DNA of 64,000 nt, taken from NCBI GenBank assembly GCA_951406725.2, contig OX597819.1:108252001-108316000 (forward strand). The letters are read 5' to 3'. Below are positions 13,811 to 25,049 of the stretch, piece after piece. The stretch's first letter is position 1. Each line of letters opens with the position of its first letter. The notes beneath the pieces were generated by a model, which saw nothing but the letters and a program-made list of their open reading frames with translations, was not told the DNA's origin and made no database searches. Origin of the DNA: Octopus vulgaris. Its lineage: Eukaryota. The position numbers were made by a program, and so were the translations under genes.

Positions 13811-14224
13811 AACACAACACATGCACAGTAGGATGGAGATAAAATGAATATAAATCATGGGTGACAAAAAAAAAATGGTGAAAGGTTGAAAGTGAATGGG
13901 GAAGACTTGAAGTAAGAAGCAAAAGAAGGAGGGTGGAAACTGGGAACAGGTTTAGGGGTTGTGGAGGTGATGTAGGGCTGGTTTATTTTGGATGTGTATG
14001 TGCGTATAGGTGTATGCATGCTTGTGTGATACTTAGGGTGTAATGTATGTGTGTGTATGTGTGTAGTGTGTGTGTATGATGTTGTATAGCGTGTGTATAT
14101 GTGCATGTTTGTGATGTGTGTGCGTATTTGTGATGTGTGCATGTTTTTGTGTGTGACGTGTCTGTGTCTGTGTTCATGTTTGTTACATGTGTATGATTTG
14201 TAGTGTTGCATGTAATGTCTGGCA

Positions 14225-14276
<52 letters not shown>

Positions 14277-14289
14277 ACAAACATGCAGC

Positions 14290-14830
14290 AATGAAAAGAG
14301 GCAAGAGAGAATCTAAAAAAAAAAGGGATTAAAGGTATAAAGATGGTGACAGTGGTGGTGATGGGGACATGGAGGAGAGAAAGTTTATATGAATAATGAA
14401 TGAATAGGTGAACTGTGAAGACTAAAAACAGAAAGTAAAAAGGAGGGTTGGGGGCACAATGCAAAGAAAGGCAAAGGAAGAAGGAAGGAAGAAATAAAGA
14501 ACTAAAGAAAGAAAGGAAATATAAATTGAATAAATAAAAAAGTTGAAGGAAGACAGAAAGAAAGAGGTTAAAGACAAAGTTGCAAAAGAAGAAACACAAG
14601 AATTTTGGGGAAAATGAAAGTAATGAAAGGAAGAAAAGTGAATAGGAAAATAAAAGAGAAATAGGAAAGAAAAATTAGAAGGAAATAAGTGAATGAAAGG
14701 AAAACATGGAGAGAAGGGAAGATGGAAGAAGAAAATGTAAGAAAGAACAAAAATAAAAATAAAAGTAAAGAGAAAAGAAAGAAAGAAACAAACAACAAAA
14801 GAACTAACAAATGAAAGGAGTGAAGTGAAA
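14290..14830. repeat. Long purine-rich (A/G) low-complexity tract
   Basis: Seen directly; it explains the poly-F/L ORFs on the minus strand. Confidence 0.8.
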
Positions 14831-14923
14831 GAACTTTAACTCTTGATCTCTGCAGCCATTTCATAGGATTTCATGGTGATAAATGTTACTAAAGAGGAGG
14901 ATATGATAGTTTCACTATCACAT

Positions 14924-14967
<44 letters not shown>

Positions 14968-15010
14968 CTGCCAATACTGAAGACAGATGAGACTGAAGTA
15001 ATAAATAGAG

Positions 15011-15257
15011 CAGTAGTTCTCAAATCAGAGTCCATATGACCCTTAGAGGTCTATATAAAATTTTGTTCTCAAAATTTATGTGCAATAAATTGGTTATACC
15101 TTGACAATGCACAAAATATTTTAACAGATTTTTATACAATATTAATAATATCTAATTATAAAAATTTGAAAGGAATTTTTTTAAACATTGAATGGCTCCA
15201 CACAAGTAAAATTGGAACAGAAGAGGTTCTTGGGTGTAAAATAGTTGAGAACCATTG
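15011..15257 (+). mobile_element. hAT-type (Charlie-like) MITE
   Basis: TIRs cagtagttctcaa / ttgagaaccattg; 8-bp TSD aaatagag / aaatagac (7/8 match). Confidence 0.85.
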
Positions 15258-15297
15258 AAATAGACCATTGATTTCAACTCATGAAAGTACTTGATAT

Positions 15298-15386
15298 AGT
15301 CCCCATATACTCCCAAGTATAGTATAGCCCCCATATACCTCCAAGTGTGGTATAACCCCTATATACCCCCAGGTATGGTATAGTCT
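15298..15386. repeat. Degenerate ~28-bp minisatellite, about 3 copies
   Basis: ccccatatac..ccaagt.t.gtata repeated three times. Confidence 0.7.
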
Positions 15387-15611
15387 CCACTAAATTCGAA
15401 GTTCAAATTCTGCCAGTGGGAGAGGTTCAACTCCACAAACTTATCTTTGGGGTTCATAAAATATATACCAGTAATATATTGTAAGCAAGAGAATCAGCTA
15501 TAGTCCCTCCACTACAAAATTATACATAAAGGTTTAACACTATGATTGCAAGAGTGTGAGTTCAATTCTCAGATCAGGCAGTGCATAGTGTTTTGTAAGT
15601 ATACTCATGTG

Positions 15612-16612
15612 TGTTAGATACATGGACCTCAAAAAGTTGCTTGAAGGTGGTTGTTGGTGCGATGGTTAATAATTTTGTGGGTGTTTACTAAGTCAGTTGC
15701 CAGACGTCAGAGCTTCAATGTATCTATGCCCAGGGAAGAAGGCATTCAGAGTATAGTAGATGACCAGAGGGTATTCACTTGGTTGCACATCTCTGAACAG
15801 TTTCCAGGAGGTCAATGTCCTGAACAGGATAGGGGTTCCAGACTGGTGATGTAAATTCCAAGTGTGGCCACACCATAGCAATATACTGCCTCAAATAGAT
15901 AGCTGGAGAACAGCTGACAAAGGCCTTGCTGAGTGATGCTGAGACACCCTTGGCATTCTTGACAATTTTAGAGATGTGCTTTCTCCAGTGCAAATCGTTG
16001 CTGACAATAATGCCCAGGTCACATTCACAAGAAGACTTCTTGATATTAGTGATGCAGAGAAAGCATGTGGATGCTAGGTTTTTCCTCCCAAAATGTATGG
16101 TGGTACACTTGTCCACAGCCAGCCTGAGTTGCCAGTCTGTGATCTATTGTTGCATTGTGTCCAGGTCTGATTGTAGGAAAGATCTATAGTATTCAGGATC
16201 TGTCCTTTTTATCTCAAGTTACAGCTTGATATCATCTGCATATTTCAGCACTGTGGCATTCTTCAAGGTTGGCAGCTATGTCATTAATGTATGCAACAAA
16301 CAAAAAGGGACCAAGAACAAATCCCTGCAGTACACCAGATGACATCTCATAAGGTGAAGAATGCTGTCATAGAACCGTGACTAACTCTTTCCGGCTGAGA
16401 ACAAAGGACTCCAACTAGATAAAAAGATCATCTTTCACACTCATTGCAGAGAGTTTTGCTACAAGTCTTTTGTGTGGCACAGAATTAAAAGCTTTAGCAA
16501 AAAGTCAAGGTAAACAACATCCACACATGAGCTGCCATCAGTGACCTGGGTAATGTCTTCAAGAAACTCAGTAAGTTGATCACAGCAGCTGGAGTTATGG
16601 ATAAATCCAAAC
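15612..16612 (-). mobile_element. Decayed CR1-type LINE reverse transcriptase fragment
   Basis: Minus-strand motifs VDVVYLDF.KAFNSVPHKRL, SGVLQGFVLGPFLF..YINDI, KYADDIKL, LQSDLD, CDLGIIVSNDL.W..HI, PHLEF.SPVWNPY...DIDLLETVQR.ATK, interrupted by stops and frameshifts. Confidence 0.92.
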
Positions 16613-16641
16613 TATAGATATATAAGACAGAAGATCATCTC

Positions 16642-16709
16642 ATCCTATGATGGAATCAATCTACAAACATTATTTTGGACCGCCAAGCCCCCAGAAACAG
16701 CTGTTGGAT
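16642..16709 (+). ncRNA. Degenerate type-I hammerhead-like motif (Penelope-like element remnant, ~16615-16865)
   Basis: atc-cTATGA-tgg...cca-GAAAC-AGCT-GTT-ggat: palindromic stem III ACAGCTGT, stem I atcc/ggat, but the core is missing a base. Confidence 0.45.
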
Positions 16710-16869
16710 TTGTAATACATCAACCCTTTTAATCCTCTATATCTTGGTATTCTGTGTAAGTCAGACATTTTTGTATGTAAGGATATATACATTTTTTGTA
16801 TTTCATGTATTAATGAAGTAAAACTTTATATATTGATCTGTCTAACTTGCTTATCCCTACATTTATATA

Positions 16870-16911
<42 letters not shown>

Positions 16912-16946
16912 TATGTGCAGATGTGGCTATGTGGTAAGAAGGTATA

Positions 16947-17110
16947 GGCACAGGTGTGGCTGTGTGGTAAGAAGCTTGCTTCCCAACTACATGATTCCAG
17001 GTTCAGTCCCACTGTGTGGCACCTTGGGCAAGTGTCTTTTACTATAGCTTTGGGCTGACCAAAGCCTTGTGAATGGATTTGGTAGATGGAAACTGGAAGA
17101 AGCCCATTGC

Positions 17111-17142
<32 letters not shown>

Positions 17143-17379
17143 GTATATGTTTGTGTGTGTGTGTTTGTGTTTGTCCCCCTGCCATTGCTTGACAACTGAT
17201 GCTGGTATGTTTAAGTCTCCGTAACTTAGCAGTTCAGCAAAAGAGACTGATAGAATAAGTACTAGGCTTACAAAAAGTAAGTCCTAGGTTAGGTTTAGGG
17301 TTAGGATTAGATGAACACTCTTTAAGGCAGTGCTCCAGCATGGCCACAGTCAAATGACTGAAAAAAGAATAAAAGAATA
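16947..17379 (+). mobile_element. tRNA-derived SINE (family 2) with internal microsatellite
   Basis: gtggctgtgtggtaagaagcttgcttcccaac..ggttcagtcccactg..gcaccttgggcaagtgtctt...gctccagcatggccacagtcaaatgactgaaa. Further copies at 19037-19440(+), 23545-23695(-), 24080-24360(-), 27460-27780(+), 48585-48740(+), 56956-57312(+) and 62380-62615(-). Confidence 0.88.
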
Positions 17380-17661
17380 TGCATATATAAAAACATGTAT
17401 GCATGTGTGTGTGTGTGTGTGTGTGTCTGTGTATGATTACTTCTGCCACTCACTTATATAAAAATCTTGCATGTTTTCTTGCTGGTACTTCTATCAATAA
17501 CTCACTTGCTTTGTGCCTTTGAAGTTGTGTAGAACAAGAGGACTCTTACTTGAAAAGTAGGTAAGGGTTAGTGTCTGGACGGATATTCAGCAGTAAAGTG
17601 CCTCAATATCATATACAGCTAACCCATGCTAGCATGGAGAAAGATATATGAAAAATGTACA

Positions 17662-17709
<48 letters not shown>

Positions 17710-19036
17710 ATTTATGCTATAGATAGATAGATAAGCTACACAGATGAGATAAGTAGATATGATAGATAAGACTAGCTAGATGGAGAGGTATGCTATATCT
17801 AAAATCTAGAGCTTGTTAGAGGTTGTGTGTGTAAGAGAGAGAGAGAGACAGAGATTGTGTTTGTGTGGTGTACGGTGTGTATGTCTAAGAATAGAAACAC
17901 TGGATATGATAAGAGAATGGATCAAAGCCAAGTGTTAAAGGCAAAATATAAGATTAACAGTCTTGAGTACAGTGTAATTATTATACAAGTTACAATATTT
18001 AGGAATACATAGGATCTTGCAAAATATCTCAGCTGCAGACAAAACAGTAAGAAAAAAAAAAAAGAAATCACTTTAAACCAATTCAACTTCCAATTGAGAA
18101 CAGCATGAATGTCACACACTATTTAAATCCCTCCTCTTATAAATCTGTACTCTTGCTCCTTAAACCGTAATGAGGGAATCAATAAGTGGAATGACAGAAA
18201 TGGTGGCAGGGGGCAACAGAAACATGAAAGAAGGATAGAAAAATGTTTTAAGACAATAAAAGCCCCTAAAAAACAGACCCCACACCAACACACCTAGGAG
18301 GAAATTTAAAAAGGGAATGAGAATATTTCAAAAAAATCATTAACAGGGTCGTTATTTTTTTTCTTTTGACAGAGAAAGAGAAATGAAGAAAGTGGTATTT
18401 CATTCAATTTTTTCAATTTTATCTTTTCTCTTCCTGTTTTTTCTTTCTTTAAATTTTGTAAAATAAATCTTACATTATTTTTCATCTAAAAATATCTTAA
18501 GAAATGAAGAAAACAAGAAGAAACAAAAGAAGAGAAAAGCCATAAAAATGATATGATAAAGAGAGAAAGAATGGCAAATATTTCTTCAATGGAACACAGG
18601 AATACACAAGAAGAAAAATATTTTTTTTTTCATAACAAAGATTAAAAGAAATGAAAGAGAAAGAGAGGAAATGTAGAGAAATGAAACAAGGAAGTATGAA
18701 CTCATTGGATATTTTTCAGATCTTTTTTGTTTTGTAAATTTTGTCTAATTCTATACATGAAGGATGAGGGAAGGGGATTTTATTTTAAGAGAAGAGCCAA
18801 ATATTCTTCTAAAATCCTTATTAGAAAAATGCATGGCTTCATCCATTTTATTCTTATTTTTAATTTATTACAATATATTACAAGCTGATTTTTTTTTTGT
18901 CTAACACTATAAATTTTTTTCTGTGTTTATGAACTGTTTGGGGGTTAAAAACAAATCTAGACTTCACAGACAAACTACAGAAACAGATATAAACACTACT
19001 ATAAGTATTGGATACACTTTCTCATATTTGTACACA

Positions 19037-19440
19037 CCACTTCCCAACCACATGGTTCCAGGTTCAGACCCACTGTGTGGCTCTTTGGGCAAATGTCTTC
19101 TACTATAGCCTTGGGCCAACCAATGCCTTTTGAGCGGATCTGGTAGACGGAAAACAAAAAGTCTGTCATATATATGTATGTCTGTCTGTATGCATGCATG
19201 TATGTATATATATCTATGGGTGTGTGTCTTTGTGTCCATGTTTGTTCCCAACTACTGCTTGTCAACCAGTGTTGGTGTGTTTACATCCCTGTAACTTATC
19301 AATTTGGCAAGAAAGACTGATAGAATAAGTACCAGGCTTTAAAAAATATAAGTCCTGGGGGCAATTTGTTCAACTAAAAACCTTTCAAGGTGGTTCCCCA
19401 GCATGGCTGCAGTCAAATGACTGAAACAAGTAAAAGAAAA
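19037..19440 (+). mobile_element. SINE family 2 copy, head truncated
   Basis: Collinear with 16947-17379 and 43182-43600. Confidence 0.85.
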
Positions 19441-19455
19441 AATATACATATATGC

Positions 19456-19488
<33 letters not shown>

Positions 19489-19540
19489 TACATACATACA
19501 TGCACATGTGCATATGAAGCCAATATTGAAAGAAATTAAA

Positions 19541-20080
19541 CTAATATGCTTCACTGGATGTGCAATGACAGTGTGCATGTAAGGCAGAGTGTAAGCATCT
19601 TGAGAGAAAAATTGGGCTTAAGAAGCATCAGATGTGGTGTGCAAGAGAGATGAATGCACTAGAATGGTCATGTGATGCATGTAGACAAGGACAGCTGCGT
19701 AAAGAATTCCCGACCTCTAACTGTGGAGGGAACTTGTGGAAGAGGTAGACCCAGAAAGACATAGGACAAGGTGTTGAAGCACGATCTTTGGAAGTTGGAT
19801 CTTACGGATGCAATGACAAGTGATTGAGACCTTTGGAGATTTGCTGTGCTTAAGAAGACTCATCAGGTGAAATTGTAGTTGTGGACAATGTCAGTGATAT
19901 GTGAAAGGCACCCACTACACTCTTGGAGTGGTTGGCATTAGGAATGGCACCCAGCTGTAGAAAACAAGCCAAAATCAGACTGGCACCAGGTACAGTTCTC
20001 CGGCTTACCAGTTCTAGTCAAAATGACAAACCCATGCCAGCATGGAAAGCAGTTGTTAAATGATGATGATGATGATGATT
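19541..20080 (+). mobile_element. RTE-type LINE 3' end (ORF2 C-terminus, short 3'UTR, (GAT)n tail)
   Basis: Translates, with stops, as MLHWMCN.SVHVRQSVSILREKLGLRSIRCGVQER...GHVMHVDKDSCVK..RPLTVEGTCGRGRPRKT.DKVLKHDL, the typical RTE C-terminal GRGRPRK motif. Confidence 0.88.
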
Positions 20081-20373
20081 ATACATACTTAAATATAGAA
20101 ACAGGTAAACATTAAATTGAAAGATTGCTCAATACTTTTCTGTCAAGTATCATAATATATGTGTGAAATATTTTTGATAATCTTATTTTTAACTTTGGAA
20201 TACAGGACAAAAAAAAAAATGGGTAGAATAAAAAGAAGAATGGGAGCTAGTGTCAGATCCCAAGACTCTTTTTCCCAAACACTCCCATAAGGAATTTATA
20301 CTGAAAAAGTTAAACATTTAAAGGTCTTCAGTTGTTTGAATATCTCCTAAAAAGCATTAGAAAATGTGATTAA

Positions 20374-20798
20374 CCCTTTAGCATTCAGATTACAGTCCAA
20401 TATAATGCTTATTTATTCACATTCTTTTGATTTAATCTTCATTTTCTCACATCTTTGCGATTTCAATGATGTGATTGTTTATATGTAGAATGAGTGTGAG
20501 AGACCAAATCTAGCTAGCCTGAACATAAAACTGAAAAGAATATTTTGGTGGTGAGCTGGCAGAATTGTTAGTATACCAGGCAAAATGCTCAGCATCATTT
20601 CGTCTGTCTTTATGTCCCGAGTTCAAATCCTACTGGGGTTGACTTTGCCTTTCGTCCTTTCAGGGCCGATAAAATAAATACCAGTCAAGAACTGAGTTCA
20701 ATGTAATCGACTTGCCCCCCGCCCACTAAAATCATTGGCCTGTGACAAAATTTGAAACCAATATTTTGACTGGATATTACCAGTTTAAATGTTAACGG
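20374..20798 (+). mobile_element. TTAA-flanked (piggyBac-type) MITE interrupted by a family-1 SINE (~20548-20762)
   Basis: TTAA|CCCTTTAGCATT ... AATGTTAACGGG|TTAA. The body is the reverse complement of 44765-44983. Confidence 0.75.
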
Positions 20799-21098
20799 GT
20801 TAAGCTGTCTCCTTGAGCTATATTAAGCATATCTGGATATATTTCTCTCTTGCATTCCAGTTCAGCCATCTGCGAAATGCTACAATCAAAGCCAATCGAC
20901 ATTCCCCAATTTATTGATTCAGCAACTAGAGATGTCACATATATTCTAAATCTAACAGAAGCACTGTACCCCCACCCTGCTTCCACATATGCAGAGACAA
21001 TAACATAAAAGACACAGAACAGTCAACTATGAAGGCGGTGGTCCAGTGTAGTCATAGCAATGATGGCTAAAATGAAATAAAGAATTTTAAAAAACATA

Positions 21099-21141
<43 letters not shown>

Positions 21142-21248
21142 GTATGTATGCGTGTATGTGTCAGCAAGTGTGTGCATGTGTACATGTATATGCTGTGATG
21201 TCGAAATTTGATTATGTCTCATCATGCAATATGCAAAATATGTATATA

Positions 21249-21309
<61 letters not shown>

Positions 21310-21316
21310 ATGTATG

Positions 21317-21352
<36 letters not shown>

Positions 21353-21471
21353 TAGATAGGAAGATAGAGAGATACATACATACATATACACACACATATG
21401 CCATATATATATAAAATATTTATTGTCATTACTTAGTTTCATGTGTATGCATACAATACATAAATACACAC

Positions 21472-21510
<39 letters not shown>

Positions 21511-22784
21511 TATATATATATATATGCATACACACACGCACATGCACACTATATATACATATACATACACACATATTTTGCATATTACATGATAAAACAT
21601 AATCAAATTCAGACATCACAACACACCATAGAAATACCTCGAATCCCATAAAAATAGTGACTCTCATACACATTACAAAAATAGAAACAACACACATATA
21701 TAGGAACACAAGATGTACAGATATACATACATATAATGTGAAGATCACAAAGACACACAGAACCGATACACATGTAAATGCATACATAGCAGACAGGATA
21801 TACAGACATATGGACGACACCAGACACCAAACTTCTATGATGACAAGACAATAATAGCAATGAAATAGCAATCCAGCCGGAATGTGAGATGAGAGGTCAG
21901 AATTGCTTTTCACCTTTGTTGTGAGAGGATGGCTTTTGACAAAAGAAATATCATACATAGCAGGGTGAGGTATGAAGGAGATGAATGGCAGGTTTGATAG
22001 AGCAGCTGGATTGAATGTCTTGCAGCAATTTTATTATGTCTCACTGGAGTTTGACTTTGCCTTTCATCTTGTAAAATAAGTATCAGTCAAGTATGGTACT
22101 CGATTTAATCAACTGAACCCCTTCCTCACCAAATCTGGAAGCTTGTGTCAAAGTTAGAAGCCATTATTATCGAAAAATAGTGGCATAACAGAATGGATGT
22201 GAGAGCAATGGTTAAAATACCCTTTATATTTTGAGTTCAAATCTGCTAGAGCGGAATTTGCTTTTTGAATCAATAAGATGCATATTAGTCATGTATTGGA
22301 CTCAATTTTATTGATTATACCTTCCTCTATTAAATCTGTAGCCTTGTGCTAAAGTTATAAATTGTTATTAAAAGATGGTGAAGACTGCTGAATAACAAAA
22401 TTTTCTTTCATTAAAGTTCTGAGTTCAAAAGAAATTGTTGGTGGTAACAGCAGTAGCATCATTATTATCATTTTTTTAACGTCCATGTTCCCATGATTGA
22501 ATAAATCAGACGGGATTTGTTAAGGGAGATTTTCTACAGTTGGGTGCTCTGCCTGTCATCAACTCTTACCTGTTTCCAAACTAGGAAGATTTCCCCTTAA
22601 CCAGACATACTCCTCATGGAAAATTGTAAATGAACAACACCACTTGTATCAGGGTGACACTCCTCATGTGATGTCAAGACAAGGGGTGACAGACACATAC
22701 ACACACAAGATACAACACATGCACACATACAAACACTCACACACACACCCACACACACATAGTCAATCCAAACAAGAACCAGCA

Positions 22785-22960
22785 AGAAAAAACAACAACG
22801 TGAGGACGTGGAACAAGTACTGTGTTATTGGATGCTCAAGAATGGAAAGAAAAGAATGAGGATTTCATGTTTCGAGCGGAGCTCTTCATCAAAAATATAG
22901 AAAAAGTTCAAGGAAGGGAAAACAGAGAAAGAAAATCGCCAACGATACACACATAGTCAC
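22785..22960 (-). mobile_element. Short Penelope-like element remnant with a decayed minimal hammerhead (22862-22896)
   Basis: Minus strand: attt-TTGATGA-a-gagc-tcc-gctc-GAAA-c-atg-aaat. Homologous to 59460-59690. Confidence 0.6.
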
Positions 22961-22969
22961 ATATATATA

Positions 22970-23146
22970 TCATCATCATTTAGCGTCCGCTTTCCATGCT
23001 AGCATGGGTTGGACGATTCAACTGGGGTCTGTGAAGCTGGAAGGCTTCGTCAGGCCCAGTCAGATCTGGCAGTGTTTCTACGGCTGGATGCCCTTCCTAA
23101 CGCCAACCACTCCATGAGTGTAGTGGGTGCTTTTTACGTGCCACCC
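22970..23146 (-). mobile_element. RTE-type LINE 3' tail
   Basis: catcatcatttagcgtccgctttccatgctagcatgggttggacg...cggctggatgcccttcctaacgccaaccactcc. CpGs are retained, suggesting a young copy. Confidence 0.85.
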
Positions 23147-24195
23147 GTATATATGATGACTGTGCCCTACATAGCTATGGGCTGCCTTTTGGCAAGGCAT
23201 AGCACCCATTCGACCACCCTGCCAGGGAATGGGAAAGTTATGGGACTGCAGTGTGGAAGACTTTGGTAGTGGAAGAGCTCAACTGAGCCAACAGTGCTTC
23301 CTACATTGATTTTGAGTTGAGGAATCCTAGAAGGTCAACAGTCAGGATCACCAAACTCTATCAAGAGAGTAACTGCAACAATCCATAGGAGTAGCATCTA
23401 TGATTGTGAATCAGCTAATGAACAATTCACTATGACTCAAGCTCCCAATTCAAATTCATAAAAATAGAATTGGATGGTGACAGAGAGTTATGGGAAACAA
23501 TAAAAGCAGCGATAAAAGTTTTTAAAATATACACACACAATTGGATTCTTTCAGTTTTCACCTACAGAATTCACTTGCAAGGCTTTAGTTGGTTCAGGAT
23601 TATAGTACAAGACACTTGCCCAAATTGCTGCGCAGCAAGACTGAACCTGAAACCATGTGGTTGGGAAGTAAGCTTTTTAACCATACAGCCAAATCAATAT
23701 GTATATATAAATAAAATACCAGACAAGGACTTAGGTCATTATGAACAACAATTTCCACTCGCCAAACTCCTGTGCTTTTTTCTTGTAAATCAGTTTCATT
23801 CAGTTAGGTATAAAAGTGTTCAGGGAGAGGAAGTTTATTTCAATTTTCTTTTTTCTTATTTTTAGATAATTTATATCCAATCTCCATGGCCACTGATCAT
23901 AAAGCAATTCTGTGTTTTACAACACCTGACTAATAAGAAATATACTTCTTAAAACAAAGCAGTCTTTAGTGGAAGACCTGCTACAAGTTAAGGTAAATAT
24001 GTTTTTCCTGCTTCTTACTATTTACTTGCTACCTTGAAGAATTTTAGTTGAATGAATCAGCCCTATTATTTATGGGGTTTTTTAAGCTCTATTTTATTGG
24101 TCTCATTTGCCAAATCACCACATTTTGGAGATGTAAATGTAAACACACACTGGTTGTCATGTGGTGCTGGGGGACAAACACAGTCACAAAGACAT

Positions 24196-24231
<36 letters not shown>

Positions 24232-24716
24232 GTGGGCTTCTTTCAATTTCCATCTACAAAATCTACTCACAAAGCTTTGGTCAGCCTAAGGCAGTAGAAG
24301 ATGCTTATCCAGGGTACCATACAGTGGGACTGAATTTGGAACCAAATGGTTGGGAAGCAAACAGCGCCAAATCTCAGTCAAATCACAACCTACTGTACTT
24401 TTATATCTGTTGAGCACTGTCTGCGAAAAATACCCTACTAAGATTAATTATGTACCCTACAGAGAACATACATGCATATATACACACACATCTTCACATA
24501 TATATATACACATATATATATCTATCTATCAATCTATCTATCTATCTAGATAGATAGATCTAGACAGATATACATATACACATATACGTGTATGTGTATG
24601 TGTGTGTGTGTATTTATATATATACACACACATGCATGTAGTGAGATTCAAAAGACCCTTTGGCATTTTGATATATATATATATATATATTTAAAAGCCA
24701 AAAGAACTTCTGAATC

Positions 24717-24793
<77 letters not shown>

Positions 24794-25049
24794 ATGTGTG
24801 AAACCATTCTGTGTACCTAGGACCAATGTCCTCTGTTACTAAGATAGTAAGGTGTGATTTGATTGAGATTGACAGCTATTTCTAGCAAATCAAGGAGCCA
24901 TATAGATCCTTTGTGTTTGAATCAATTGAAGAGTTTGTTGTAAATATATTTGTGCAACACAATCAGCATTGTTGGTTATTTCTTCACCATAGCGCAAGAG
25001 TTAAGGAAACATCATTAAACAAGGCAGTCAACACTGTGTATGATGTCAT

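Noticed and set aside
23160-23520. Possible decayed RTE C-terminus (ARHSTHSTTLPG...DRELW)
   Set aside because: Only vague motif similarity; cannot be supported without a profile search.
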